Part shown: positions 9,748 to 20,563 of the stretch, piece after piece
How the letters are laid out: every line of letters starts with the position of its first letter
Position numbering within the stretch: the first letter of the stretch is position 1
Assembly (NCBI GenBank): GCA_965215015.1
Contig: OZ244042.1
Coordinates: forward strand, 544,001 to 608,000
DNA length: 64,000 bases
Reading direction: 5' to 3'
DNA from: Candidatus Poribacteria bacterium
Lineage (GTDB): Bacteria > Poribacteria > WGA-4E > PCPOR2b
The notes under the pieces: model-generated
What the model was told of the DNA's origin: nothing
Database searches by the model: none
Seen by the model: the letters and a program-made list of their open reading frames with translations, nothing else
Translations under genes and position numbers: made by a program

Positions 9748-10380
9748 ATGAAACTAATAGCTCCCGATCGCGGCATCATCGTCGGTATCACGGGGGGCAT
9801 CGCCTGTGGCAAGTCGACTGTATCTAAACTACTTTCAAAAAAGGGCGCGATTTCAATCAACTCGGATGAGATTGGGCATCGGCTGCTCAAGCGTGGCAGT
9901 CCTGTCATGAGGGCCTTGCTTGAAGCGTTTGGATCTGACATCCTTGATGAATCCGGTGATGTTAGCCGTCAAAAGCTCGGCGCAATTGTCTTCGATGACA
10001 AAGCTGCCCGCGAGCGTTTGAACGCAATTATGCATCCACTGATTGTCGAGAAATCCCGTTCCGAAGCGAACAGGCTTGTCGCCAAGGATGCAAATTGCGT
10101 TGTCCTGATTGATGCACCGCTGCTCATTGAGGCGAACTCACAAGATACAGTGGATGTCATTGTTGTAGTCACAGCTTCAACGCAAACTCAGCTCCAGCGT
10201 CTATTGGAAAATCGTTCCCTCAGTCCGGCAGAAGCGCAGGCGCGGATTGACTCGCAGATGCCAATATCTGAAAAGGTAAAGTATGCAGACTTCGTGCTTG
10301 AAAATGATGGGACACTTGAGGAGTTGGAGCGAAAAGTGGATCGGCTTGGGCATGAAATTCGCCGCTTGAAAGCGAACTGA
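9748..10380 (+). CDS. coaE: Dephospho-CoA kinase
   Basis: GITGGIACGKS P-loop, LGAIVF, LNAIMHP, DAPLLIE, ARIDSQMP. Confidence 0.95.
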   Translation: MKLIAPDRGIIVGITGGIACGKSTVSKLLSKKGAISINSDEIGHRLLKRGSPVMRALLEAFGSDILDESGDVSRQKLGAIVFDDKAARERLNAIMHPLIVEKSRSEANRLVAKDANCVVLIDAPLLIEANSQDTVDVIVVVTASTQTQLQRLLENRSLSPAEAQARIDSQMPISEKVKYADFVLENDGTLEELERKVDRLGHEIRRLKAN

Positions 10381-10419
10381 TTTTACTACTTTACATCTGT
10401 GTAACGCAAGGAGCCCCTA

Positions 10420-11781
10420 ATGTTTAGTGCATTATTAGCGAAACGAGCATCAGAGGATAATCCCATCCGTGTGGGTATTATCGGTACTGGCAAATTCGGT
10501 GCGGGGTTGGTAGCACAACTTTCCCAGATGGAAGGGGTCAAAGCCTGTGCCATTGCCGATATTAACTTGGATCACGCGAAGCACGCCTACACAGCGAGTT
10601 GCGTACCAGCGGACACCATAAAAGTTGTACACAATGTTGAGCAGTTAAACGGCACCATCCACAGTGGCAAGCAAGCGATAACCGAGGATGGGCTGCTCCT
10701 CCCCCAATCGGATCTGGTAGATGTGGTAGTAGAAGCCACCGGGATTCCAGAGGTCGGTGCTCGCATGGCATATCATACATTGACCCATAACAAACACCTA
10801 GTGATGGTCAATGTGGAAGCCGATGTGACCATCGGTCCCTATCTAAGTCATCTAGCGGATACCGCCGGCGTCGTCTACACCTTGGTGGACGGCGATCAGC
10901 CCGGTGTAACCATGAACATCGTAGACTGGGCGAGAGCACTCGGATTTGAAATTGTCGCCGCTGGTCGCGGTACAGTCTTCTATAGTGATGATAGAGAGGG
11001 GACGCCGGATACGGTGCCAGAGCGTTTTGGCTTCAGCGAAGAGATGATCGAGCGACGAACAATTAACTTAAAAATGTTCAACTCGTTCCGGGATGGCACC
11101 AAGGCACAGGTTGAGATGACTGCGCTGGCGAATATGATCGGGTTACCGCCGGACGTGCGGGGTATGCACGAACCTTCACTCAACATCTCTGAAATTGCTC
11201 AAGCTTTTAGTCTGCGAGAAGAGGGAGGGCTTCTTAGCCGGCATGGGGTGGTTGAATTAGCCAATAGCGTGGCTGAAGATGGGCTTACCCTGTTGGATTC
11301 ACCACTTCGGATGGGGGTTTTTGTGGTCATCCGAACCGATCACCCCTTCATTCAGGAGGATTTGACCGGTTACCATCTTCATCCGGGTGGTAATGGTAAA
11401 AACTTCCTGCTCTATCGTCCCTATCACCTGGTAGCGGTGGCAGCACCTATATCCATTGTAAAAGCCGCGCTCTACCAGCAGCCCACCGGCACCCCCTTGA
11501 CTACGCCGACCGCAGAGGTGATTACTGTCGCAAAACGAGATCTGAAGCAGGGAGAGATTTTAGATGGTGGGGGCGGGTATACAGTCAACGGGTTGATTGA
11601 AAAAGCGGAAACTGCGCGTGTGGAAAATCTGCTCCCTCTGGGCTTGGCACCCGGAGCTAAATTGAAGGAGGATTTAACGAAAGGAACAGCGGTTACCTAC
11701 GACATGGTAACACTTGACGAGGACTCTTTTATATTAAAGCTCCGTCGGCTGCAAGATGCAACCCTTAGTCATGAAGTGTGA
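10420..11781 (+). CDS. Homoserine dehydrogenase-like NAD(P)-oxidoreductase with C-terminal SAF domain
   Basis: VGIIGTGKFG, VEATG, NVEAD, DGDQPG, DGTK, YRPYHL, AKRDL..GE.LDG.GGY. Confidence 0.9.
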   Translation: MFSALLAKRASEDNPIRVGIIGTGKFGAGLVAQLSQMEGVKACAIADINLDHAKHAYTASCVPADTIKVVHNVEQLNGTIHSGKQAITEDGLLLPQSDLVDVVVEATGIPEVGARMAYHTLTHNKHLVMVNVEADVTIGPYLSHLADTAGVVYTLVDGDQPGVTMNIVDWARALGFEIVAAGRGTVFYSDDREGTPDTVPERFGFSEEMIERRTINLKMFNSFRDGTKAQVEMTALANMIGLPPDVRGMHEPSLNISEIAQAFSLREEGGLLSRHGVVELANSVAEDGLTLLDSPLRMGVFVVIRTDHPFIQEDLTGYHLHPGGNGKNFLLYRPYHLVAVAAPISIVKAALYQQPTGTPLTTPTAEVITVAKRDLKQGEILDGGGGYTVNGLIEKAETARVENLLPLGLAPGAKLKEDLTKGTAVTYDMVTLDEDSFILKLRRLQDATLSHEV

Positions 11782-11876
11782 AATGTAACGTGAGATCCCT
11801 TGTCTATCACGCTTCGCGCCTATAGGCATTTTCTATGCACAAGAAATGACGAGATCTGGCCCCATCTAAAGTAAAT

Positions 11877-11905
11877 TTGACATTGAGATGTGAGTATAAT
11901 ATAAT
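11877..11905 (+). promoter_or_regulatory. Sigma70 promoter of the iscU-iscA unit
   Basis: TTGACA-17 nt-TATAAT. Confidence 0.75.
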
Positions 11906-11964
11906 ATAAGTAAATGGCTTTCGTCGCCATAAAGCTGCATGACAACGGGGATTTGGAGGCGGAT

Positions 11965-12351
11965 ATGCACACCCCACAGGTTATCGAGCATTATGAAAAT
12001 CCGCGGAATGTTGGCACAATCACAGATGCAGATGGAGTGGGCATTGTTGGCACGCCTGCCAGCGGCGAAATGATGAAACTCACAATTAAGGTTTCTCAAG
12101 ATCGGGTTGTCGATGCAAAGTTTAAGGCATTTGGATGTCCAACTGCAATCGCAGCCAGTTCCCTCATCACAGAACTGATTAAAGAACACACAATTCAAGA
12201 AGCACTAAACATAACCAATCGGCAAGTTGATGAAGCACTTGGGGGATTACCACCGGATAAAACCCGCTATGCTGTGCTTGCTGAGAAGGTATTAAAAGTT
12301 GCAATTCATAATTATATTTCACATTTAAATGAAAAAGGAGAATTAACATGA
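11965..12351 (+). CDS. iscU: IscU/NifU-N-like Fe-S scaffold protein (only one of three Cys retained)
   Basis: VIEHYENPRNVG, KFKAFGC, LPPDK. GGAGG RBS precedes MHTPQ. Confidence 0.85.
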   Translation: MHTPQVIEHYENPRNVGTITDADGVGIVGTPASGEMMKLTIKVSQDRVVDAKFKAFGCPTAIAASSLITELIKEHTIQEALNITNRQVDEALGGLPPDKTRYAVLAEKVLKVAIHNYISHLNEKGELT

Positions 12352-12689
12352 TTACAGTCACTGAAGCTGCGGCGAAAAAAGCGCAACTGTTAATGCAGGA
12401 CGCGATGGGGGAAGAGAGTGTAGATGCTAGTGCGGCACACGGTCTACGTATGCAGGTTATCGGTGGAGGGTGCTCCGGTTTTCAGTACAACCTTGGGTTT
12501 GATGAACTACGGAGTGGTGATAAGATCTTTGAGCAGCACGGATTGAAAGTCTTCATCGATTCGCGCAGTACACTCTATCTCGCCGGTTCAACGTTGGACT
12601 ACAAAGATGGTCTAATGGAGTCAGGTTTCAAGATTACCAACCCAAATGCGAAGGCCGAATGTGGTTGTGGCGAATCCTTCAGCGTATAA
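12348..12689 (+). CDS. iscA: A-type Fe-S carrier (IscA/ErpA/HesB family)
   Basis: GGGCSGFQY and NPNAKAECGCGESF. Confidence 0.9.
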   Translation: MITVTEAAAKKAQLLMQDAMGEESVDASAAHGLRMQVIGGGCSGFQYNLGFDELRSGDKIFEQHGLKVFIDSRSTLYLAGSTLDYKDGLMESGFKITNPNAKAECGCGESFSV

Positions 12690-12707
12690 ACCAGATTCGC
12701 GTTTCAT

Positions 12708-12743
12708 AGGCAGGAGATTCGGGTCGAATTTCCTGCCTTTTTT
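12708..12743 (+). terminator. Intrinsic terminator
   Basis: AGGCAGGAGATTCG-ggt-CGAATTTCCTGCCT followed by TTTTT. Confidence 0.85.
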
Positions 12744-12782
12744 GTGCTCATACAGTCAGGTTTTTCCTCCTCGTTTCTTCTC

Positions 12783-15095
12783 TTATTCCTTTTTCATGAG
12801 CACATCAAGCTGCTGCCGGGCGTAGGCGACAATTACACTCTCAGGATAATCTCGAATGAGCGCGGAATAGGTTTCTTGTGCTTTGTCGGGCTCATTGAGC
12901 TGCCAACGATAGATGTCTGCGATTTTCGCTGTCGCCTCCGCCGCGATTGGACTCTCCTCCAAAACGGTGACCTGCTGATATGCCGCGATAGCATCGGTGT
13001 ATCGCGCCTCGCGCTGATGAATTGTACCTATCAGCATCCAGAGGTCATCAACGATGAGTGCTGTCGGGTATTCCTTCATCGTCTCCTGGCATAACCTTAA
13101 TGCCGCCTCAGTCTCTCCACTTAAATCGCCTTGTAGTGCTTCAAGGTAATGCTTGAGGGGTTCATTACTGTAGTCTGAGTTGGACTGGATCAGGACAATT
13201 CTGTCTAGGGAATCGTTACTCAATGGATTGGACATCGCAATATCAAGCACACGCTTGTATGCCGTAACCGCTGCTTCGATATCTCCCCGAAGCAGATGTG
13301 CATCACCGATTAGTTTTTGGGCTTCCACCTTGAAATTGCTATTTCCATTAGCAATCGGATAAAGCGTACTTTCTGCCTCGTCAGGCTTTCCCTGCAAGAC
13401 GTAACACGTCGCCACGCCGAGTTGGGCTTGTGTTGCTTGGTCAGTCGACAGTGGTTGATTGGCTAACTCTTGGTAGATTTGCAGTGCAGCATCCGCATTC
13501 CGTATTCCGTGCAACCACACGTGCCCCAAGAGCAGTTGCACAGAGGGTTGGTTGCTCCGCTGCGTCATAGTTGTTAAAACAGCTAGCGCAGCATCCCACT
13601 GCTCCCACCGCTCATAGAATTGTACCAACTTCATCTGTGCAGTCCAGGCCAGATGCGTATTCGGGAAGAGCTCAGCAATTGCCTGATAAAAATCTGCCGC
13701 TTTAGGATTTTTGTTCCGCTCCAGAATTTGTGCATACTTTTCAAGGATGCGTCCCCGGTCAGTAAGATAAAGTTGATGTAGCCGCTTAAAGTTTTTGAGT
13801 GCCAAATCTAAGCTTCCACGATAGAAATAGACCTCTGCCAAAGATAGGACCAGGCCTGGATTTTGTGGGTCTGTTCTCAGCATCGCTTGAAGCCGGTCAA
13901 TTACCTGCTCAAGTAGACGTTCCTGTTGAACTCCCTCATAGATCTCCGCCATGTTTTGGATAAGTGTATCGCGTCCACTGTAGCCAATATCCACCACTTT
14001 CAATGCTCGCAGATAGGTATCGACCGCCATATTGACATGTCCCTGAATTTTGTAGACATCCGCGAGCCAGTTGTAGAGTTGAGCACTTTTGGGACTAAGG
14101 CTAATGGCGGTTTCATAGGCTTCAACAGCTTTGTCATACATTTGGTGAGATGTGTAGATTGAACCCAGTTGTTGGTATCGATAAGCCTGATCTGGATCAT
14201 CTTGGACAATCTTCGTCCACTGCTCAGCTGCAAGGTCTTGCTGACCACGTTCTGCGTATAGCTCTCCTAGCTTCTTCAGGATATCTGTATTGTTCGGATT
14301 CTGGTCAAGGGCAGTACGGTATAGGGATAACGCCTCATCGTATTTCCCTTGCCCCTTATAGAGAGTCGCCAACTGCTCCATCAGATTGATATCGCTCGGT
14401 TTTTGGCGAAGTTCATCCCGGATTAATTTCTCCGCGTCAGCATATCTGTGACGAATTCGATATAGTCGAATAAGGCTATTGAGCGCACTGGTACGGTACG
14501 GAGAGGTTGGAAAGTCATTTAGGAAACTACGGTAACTTTCAATCGCCTCATCGTGGCCGCCCCCTGCGAAGGTATATTGGGCAACTAGATAACGGGCAAT
14601 TGCAGCGGTTTGCGTTTTCGGATATTTGTTGGCGAGTTGTCGGCATCGGGTAATTGTCTCTTTGTACTGATACCGGTCCCGGAAAAGTGCCCCAATTCGA
14701 TGCACCGCTTGGCTCGCGTACGAACCGTTCGGATCATCATCGATTACCGTATGGAAATTTTGGAGTGCCAGGGCATCATCGCCTAGTTTCGCATAGGACC
14801 GCCCTAAATTCATACGAATCGCATCTTTTGAGTGTTGGCGCAGCGGCGTTTTCAATAGAGCCTGATATGCCTCAATCGCCTCTGAATATTTCTGGGAATA
14901 GTAGAAATCATGGGCGTTCTGAATAGCGATTTGGTCTTCTTTAACGAGCGGAGCTTGAGCGAAAGTTGTCAGGGAAGTGAGGATATAGGTGGATATTAAG
15001 AAAAGCAGGCATAGAAACAACCTTAACCCTGTACCAATTCTCGTTGATTGTGGCTGACTTTGCAGGAGTGACTTTAGATGCTGCCTTCCTATCAT
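12783..15095 (-). CDS. Exported tetratricopeptide-repeat protein
   Basis: Signal/TM segment followed by many TPRs (A...Y..AL..NP; ..YP.S motifs). Confidence 0.85.
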   Translation of the reverse strand: MIGRQHLKSLLQSQPQSTRIGTGLRLFLCLLFLISTYILTSLTTFAQAPLVKEDQIAIQNAHDFYYSQKYSEAIEAYQALLKTPLRQHSKDAIRMNLGRSYAKLGDDALALQNFHTVIDDDPNGSYASQAVHRIGALFRDRYQYKETITRCRQLANKYPKTQTAAIARYLVAQYTFAGGGHDEAIESYRSFLNDFPTSPYRTSALNSLIRLYRIRHRYADAEKLIRDELRQKPSDINLMEQLATLYKGQGKYDEALSLYRTALDQNPNNTDILKKLGELYAERGQQDLAAEQWTKIVQDDPDQAYRYQQLGSIYTSHQMYDKAVEAYETAISLSPKSAQLYNWLADVYKIQGHVNMAVDTYLRALKVVDIGYSGRDTLIQNMAEIYEGVQQERLLEQVIDRLQAMLRTDPQNPGLVLSLAEVYFYRGSLDLALKNFKRLHQLYLTDRGRILEKYAQILERNKNPKAADFYQAIAELFPNTHLAWTAQMKLVQFYERWEQWDAALAVLTTMTQRSNQPSVQLLLGHVWLHGIRNADAALQIYQELANQPLSTDQATQAQLGVATCYVLQGKPDEAESTLYPIANGNSNFKVEAQKLIGDAHLLRGDIEAAVTAYKRVLDIAMSNPLSNDSLDRIVLIQSNSDYSNEPLKHYLEALQGDLSGETEAALRLCQETMKEYPTALIVDDLWMLIGTIHQREARYTDAIAAYQQVTVLEESPIAAEATAKIADIYRWQLNEPDKAQETYSALIRDYPESVIVAYARQQLDVLMKKE

Positions 15096-15262
15096 AGTTC
15101 TCCGTCTCCTTTGCACTATAGACGAACAGAGCAGAGCAGGGTTGATTTTCTGAGGTAGTAATCCGTTGTTATCTGAGACAGATTCAGATGAAATCCCACA
15201 AATGCCTCAAGTAAGCACCGATTATGTTTGCCCTCCATCGGTCTCCACAAGATTCAACTCCA

Positions 15263-16102
15263 CTAATCCAATCCAAGCAGGGGAAGAGAATCACGATGGA
15301 TGAGATCCTCAATATCTTCCGCTGGGACTTGTGGCATACCGGTGCCCTCAGCGAACCGGTTGGCAGTACGGAGGGCGTTAATGGTTTCCTCAACGGTCGC
15401 GATTGGGAAATCACTGCCGAAAAGGAGTTTGTGCATCACCCGGTTTTCATGACAGAAAGTCAGTGCCTGATACCCCCACCACGGTCGTAGGGGGACGCCG
15501 CCAGAGACATCGGCAAATACATTTGGATGCTTGCGTATCATCACCATTGCATCAGTGTACCAAGGGAGTCCGATGTGAGCAAGGATAATCTTCAGGTTTG
15601 GGAATTCACGAGCCACCGGATCGTAGAGCAGCGGATTTGCCCACTCCATTGGCGTATTGGCAATAACATGGTACGCCGCATGTGTAAGGATGGGAAGTCC
15701 CAATTCTTCTGCACGGCGATGCACCCGGCGTGCCCTATCGCCATTTGGATCGTAATGTTGGTATACCGGACTCATCTTGATGCCCTTGAGTCCCAAATCG
15801 TTGACACATCGATCGATTTCATCCAACGCGGCCGGATCGTTCGGGTCAACCGACATGAAGCCGATGATTTTGTCCGGGTACGCTTTAGCGTACGCGGCAA
15901 TGGCATCATTTGGTGTGTGCATACCTAGCGCAATGGAATTAATGCCGAAGACAATTGCACGTGAAACTGCCGTCACCGCCTCCCAATGTTTTTCGGGTGT
16001 TACCTCCAAGTCAATCCCGGTGTACCCCCGGTCGAACGCTTCAACAAAGATTTTGCCCCACTGCTCACGGGTAGAAAGGTGTGTGTGTACGTCAATAACC
16101 AT
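15263..16102 (-). CDS. Amidohydrolase_2 family metallo-hydrolase/decarboxylase
   Basis: IDVHTH, LGLKGIKM, ILAHIG, LLFGSDFP. Confidence 0.9.
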   Translation of the reverse strand: MVIDVHTHLSTREQWGKIFVEAFDRGYTGIDLEVTPEKHWEAVTAVSRAIVFGINSIALGMHTPNDAIAAYAKAYPDKIIGFMSVDPNDPAALDEIDRCVNDLGLKGIKMSPVYQHYDPNGDRARRVHRRAEELGLPILTHAAYHVIANTPMEWANPLLYDPVAREFPNLKIILAHIGLPWYTDAMVMIRKHPNVFADVSGGVPLRPWWGYQALTFCHENRVMHKLLFGSDFPIATVEETINALRTANRFAEGTGMPQVPAEDIEDLIHRDSLPLLGLD

Positions 16103-16352
16103 GATAAACCTCCGACTCGGGCAACTCCTGCCCCGGATAGATCTATAATCCAAAAGTTGTGTTACCAGAGTTTAGCAAATTGATACCCTATCCGTCAACA
16201 TCGAAATATTCAAACGGGCAAAGGGGTCCGCAACTAACACTTTTCCATTGACATGCAGGGAGGAATAGATATAATAGCGTAGCCAGAGCCAAGCGGATTC
16301 TGAGGTCTTGGCTTTCGCTGGATTTCGTACTGTTCACGGGATTGAGGAAAGC

Positions 16353-18272
16353 ATGGCGTACCCGACGGAAAATGATAGCAAAGGCGATGTTACCTTACGA
16401 TCGGTACTCATCGGCTTAGCACTTGTACCAATCAACGTCTATATCGTTGTGCAGTGGGAGACGGTCTGGAATACTCAGTACCCAACCACGATGACGATCT
16501 TCTATAATGCCGTTTTTACCTTCCTGTCCTTGATCTTGTTGAACATGCTGCTGAAACGGTGGTTGCCGCGGATTGCATTGAGTCAGCAGGAGCTGCTGAC
16601 AGTTTATACAATGCTTCTCATGGCAGTCTGTGTGAGTGGTCATGATTTCAGTCAATCCGTATTTTGCACGCTGGGTACCGCCCGTTGGTCTGCGACGCCA
16701 GAGAACGATTGGAGCAACCTCTTTTGGAAGTATCTACCGCAACGACTTACCGTAAATGACGATCAGGTGCTTTACGGGTTTTACAAGGGAGAATCGACAT
16801 TTTATACCGCTGCTCACATCAAAGGCTGGCTTGAACCGATGGTGTGGTGGACGCTTTTTCTCTCGGTGGTTGCGTTTACCATGTTCTGCCTGAACATCAT
16901 CATCAGGAGGCAGTGGATTGAGAAGGAGAAATTAACCTATCCACTCGTTCATCTACCTTATGAGATGAGTCGTGAGGGAAACGGGTATCACCCGTTTTTC
17001 AGAAACAAATTGCTCTGGCTGGGGTTTGGGCTAGCTGCTGGCATCAATCTGATTAATGGGACAACCTTCCTGTTTCCTGTGCTTCCCCAGATTCCACTCG
17101 GATACAACCTCAATGTGTACTTTACGGAGCGTCCTTTCAATGCGATGGGTAACTTTCCTGTCCAGTTTAATCCTTTCGCTATTGGCCTTGCTTTCGCCAT
17201 TCCGCTCGATCTCCTGTTTTCGTGCTGGTTCTTTTTTCTGCTTTGGAAAGCCCAGCGAGTCATAGGCAGTATGGCAGGGATTAACATGCCCGGATATCCA
17301 TTTGTTGCCCAGCAGGTTCTTGGCGGATACTTGGGAATCGCTGTCGTCGCTTTCTGGTTGGGACGGAAACCGATTTGGCAGGTCGTAAAGCGGGCTATCG
17401 GGGCACGGTCAGAGGTGGACGATTCTGATGAACCGATGAAGTACAGAACAGCGGTGCTTGGGATAATTTTGGGAATCAGCTTTCTGGTGTTCTTTTCATA
17501 TCAAGCGGGAACGACAGTTCAGTTTGGGTTGGCGTTCTTCAGCGTTTACTTCGTCATTGCCTTCGCACACACACGGACACGAGCAGAGCTTGGCCCCCCG
17601 ATACACGGGATTTTCCACTACGGTCCGCTCCAACTCTTCATAGCGATGGTAGGCAGCCGCAAACTCGAAAGTCAGACATTGACGGCAGCAGCCCCGTTTT
17701 GGACATTCACGAAGCAATTCAGAAACCATCCAATGCCGTATATGCTTGAAAGCTTCAAATTGGCAGACCGGTCCGGCATGGATACCCGCAAACTTGGGAA
17801 AGTCATTATGTTCTCCGTCGTTGCGGGTATCATCATAACCTTCTGGACATTCCTCCAATTCAGCTACAAATGGGGCGGCATAAGTGAAGGGCGTGGTATT
17901 GGTGCCTATACGGTGATTGAACGGTGGCTCGTACGTCCAATAGAACCGGATACACAGTCGCTTAGTGCCGTTGGCATTGGTGCCCTAGTCGTGTTCATCA
18001 ACACAGTACTGCGGCTACGGTTCTTATGGTGGCCTCTGCATCCGTTAGCTTATCCAATAACAGGGTATTTGCCATTTGAACACTTGTGGTTCCCGTTTCT
18101 CATCAGCTGGGTAGTAAAGGGAGCAATCCTCAGACATGGGGGCATACAAACTTATCGTCAAACGTTTCCATTCTTTCTGGGGTTAGTCTTGGGCGCGTTC
18201 ACAATAGGTAGTATCTGGGGAATCGTTGGACTAGTGACTGGCATACCCACCTATGCGTTTAAGCGATGGTGA
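16353..18272 (+). CDS. Multi-pass membrane protein, DUF6785/DUF6784 (OPT-like peptide transporter-related)
   Basis: Many TM helices, RRQW...EKLTYP, LDLLFSCWFF, RAELG, WWPLHPLAY, PFFLGLVLG. Confidence 0.75.
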   Translation: MAYPTENDSKGDVTLRSVLIGLALVPINVYIVVQWETVWNTQYPTTMTIFYNAVFTFLSLILLNMLLKRWLPRIALSQQELLTVYTMLLMAVCVSGHDFSQSVFCTLGTARWSATPENDWSNLFWKYLPQRLTVNDDQVLYGFYKGESTFYTAAHIKGWLEPMVWWTLFLSVVAFTMFCLNIIIRRQWIEKEKLTYPLVHLPYEMSREGNGYHPFFRNKLLWLGFGLAAGINLINGTTFLFPVLPQIPLGYNLNVYFTERPFNAMGNFPVQFNPFAIGLAFAIPLDLLFSCWFFFLLWKAQRVIGSMAGINMPGYPFVAQQVLGGYLGIAVVAFWLGRKPIWQVVKRAIGARSEVDDSDEPMKYRTAVLGIILGISFLVFFSYQAGTTVQFGLAFFSVYFVIAFAHTRTRAELGPPIHGIFHYGPLQLFIAMVGSRKLESQTLTAAAPFWTFTKQFRNHPMPYMLESFKLADRSGMDTRKLGKVIMFSVVAGIIITFWTFLQFSYKWGGISEGRGIGAYTVIERWLVRPIEPDTQSLSAVGIGALVVFINTVLRLRFLWWPLHPLAYPITGYLPFEHLWFPFLISWVVKGAILRHGGIQTYRQTFPFFLGLVLGAFTIGSIWGIVGLVTGIPTYAFKRW

Positions 18273-18376
18273 TACTGAAGAATGCGATGAGGCGACGGTG
18301 AGCTTTACTCACGTCCCTCGCTCGCCAGTTAGCAGATTAGCAGCAGATGGGTTGATAGCTAGTTTAGGAGAAAAAA

Positions 18377-19648
18377 ATGTATAAGCGTCATCGGCTTGCC
18401 TTGGCGGGATGTGGCGGTATGGGCCGCCGGCATCTGCGCGGCTATCGTGTCCTAGAGAATCTCGAGCCCGGACGAATTGAAGTTGTCGCCGTGATCGATC
18501 CGGAGTTGGAACGCGCCGAATTCGTCGCTGGCGAAGCAGAGGAGTTTTTGGGTGATCGACCACAGGTATACCGTTCACTTGAGGACGCCCTCGCGGGGTC
18601 AAGCGAACTGGAGGTATTGGACATCGTTGCTGCAGCCTCCGCGCACCACTCGATAGCCGGAATCGCAGCAGAAAACGGTTTACACGTCCTGTGCGAGAAA
18701 CCGATGGCACCGACTGTGGCTGCCTGCCGGGCGATGCAAGCTACCGCCCAGCAATACGACACCGTGCTTTCCATAGCAGAAAATTACCGGCGCGATCCGA
18801 TAAGCCGCTTGGCGAAGGCACTGCTTGAGGCAGGTGCCATCGGCAATATCCGCACGGTCCTAGATTTCTCTGCCGGTGGCGGCCGCAGCGCCTCCGCTGG
18901 CGGATGGCAATATCTCCGCAAACAAGGCGGATCAATTCTGGAGTCTGGCGTTCACAACGCCGACATGCAAATATACTTGGCCGGTCCTGTCAGGCAAGTG
19001 ACGGGCCAGGTTCGTCTTCAGGAACGCAAGCGAATCTTCAAAGGGATGCGCGTAAAGGGGTTTCACGATCATTACGCCCACACCTATCCCGATGTTCAGG
19101 CAGCAGACGCCCCCGATCTGATGATGGCAACCCTTGAATTTGAAAGCGATGCGTTGGGTCAGTGGCTATACGACCAAGCAGCACACGGACCCAGCTTTCG
19201 TCGCTTCACGATTTTCGGCAGTGATGGGCAGATAGATTTACCATCGGTGCGCACCGGTCAACCGTTACGCCTCTTTCGGAACAACCATGAAGGGGCACTT
19301 GATGACGAGGATGTGCTCGCATTTGTCCCAGACTTCGCACTTGATGACCGAACCGCTCGGCTTTTCGGTGGTGAACAACTCACGCATTACGGTCAGTCCG
19401 GATCGGGCGTGGGCGGTGGAGGTGACTTAAACATCCTCGCCATAGAGATTGCGGAACTTTTGGACGCTATCGACAAGGGAACACCAGTCGAAGTTGGGAC
19501 AGAGGAGGGGTTGTTAGCTGTTGCTCTCGTGATGGCTTGCCATGAATCGTCCGAGGCAGGTCGAACCGTCTGCATGGAGGAAGTTGTAGCTGGAAAGCTC
19601 GACACCTACCAGAACGTCGCAAACCGAGAGTTGGAAATTGAGACCTAA
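18377..19648 (+). CDS. Gfo/Idh/MocA family oxidoreductase
   Basis: LAGCGGMG, HVLCEKPM, AENYR, GVHNAD. Confidence 0.9.
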   Translation: MYKRHRLALAGCGGMGRRHLRGYRVLENLEPGRIEVVAVIDPELERAEFVAGEAEEFLGDRPQVYRSLEDALAGSSELEVLDIVAAASAHHSIAGIAAENGLHVLCEKPMAPTVAACRAMQATAQQYDTVLSIAENYRRDPISRLAKALLEAGAIGNIRTVLDFSAGGGRSASAGGWQYLRKQGGSILESGVHNADMQIYLAGPVRQVTGQVRLQERKRIFKGMRVKGFHDHYAHTYPDVQAADAPDLMMATLEFESDALGQWLYDQAAHGPSFRRFTIFGSDGQIDLPSVRTGQPLRLFRNNHEGALDDEDVLAFVPDFALDDRTARLFGGEQLTHYGQSGSGVGGGGDLNILAIEIAELLDAIDKGTPVEVGTEEGLLAVALVMACHESSEAGRTVCMEEVVAGKLDTYQNVANRELEIET

Positions 19649-19821
19649 AGCGTTGATTGAATGAATAAACTGCTCAATATGCAGGTTCACAGCTTTCGGT
19701 AATCCTAGAAGCGAAGGATAGCGTCTTAGAAACACTTTTTAACCTAACCAAGCGTCTGGCTAAAATCTAACACTTCACTCTGAAGGAAGTCTGACACCCA
19801 CACTCAAATGGAGGTAATCAC

Positions 19822-20394
19822 ATGAATTCATCTAATGAACAAATCATCTTTGAAGATAGCTTCGATGGTCAACTTGACGAAGGCTGGTCGTGGCTGCGAG
19901 AGGATCCGGACGATTGGCGTCTCCGGGAGGGCGGTCTGGAGATTCGCGTCCAACCCGGCGTGGCGGATACCGTTCGGAATGCGCTATTGAGGACCGCGCC
20001 AGACCGTAACGCTGGCACTTATGCCCTTGAAGTAACTATTACCAACCATACCCTTCCCACGCAGCAGTATGAGCAGGCGGGGATTACTTGGTATAACGAT
20101 GGTAAACCGGTCTTCAAGGAGGTCAAGGAACTGATTGACAGCGATCTCTACATTATCCCCGGTAGAGCAGCGATGTCAGCGAAAAGTGTCCGGTTGCGCC
20201 TGCTGGTTACCGCTGATTCGTGGGAAGCACAGTATTGTCCCTCAGATGGCACAGAATTTCAAACGGCAGCGACGGGTGAACTGCCCCCACCGGGTGATGA
20301 TCAAGTAAGTATCCAGTGCTATAATGGTCCGCCGGATGCCGAACATTGGATTCGCTTTGAGAATTTTTGTATTAAGCTTTTAAGTTCCGATTAA
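19822..20394 (+). CDS. DUF1349 / concanavalin-like jelly-roll domain protein
   Basis: FEDSFDG.L..GWSWLRE, YEQAGI.WY, beta-rich sequence. Confidence 0.65.
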   Translation: MNSSNEQIIFEDSFDGQLDEGWSWLREDPDDWRLREGGLEIRVQPGVADTVRNALLRTAPDRNAGTYALEVTITNHTLPTQQYEQAGITWYNDGKPVFKEVKELIDSDLYIIPGRAAMSAKSVRLRLLVTADSWEAQYCPSDGTEFQTAATGELPPPGDDQVSIQCYNGPPDAEHWIRFENFCIKLLSSD

Positions 20395-20563
20395 TCGGGA
20401 TAACTTTCGTAGTGACAGTGCGGTTTATACTCTGTATCCACGCCGGTGCCAGAATGCTTTTTCGGTTGAAGCCCTTGATAGTTGTGATATAATTTATTAA
20501 AATCGTTGGATGTGCAATAGCAGACAATTGGGTTTTTCACCTAAAAGAAGAAAGGAATTGAAA

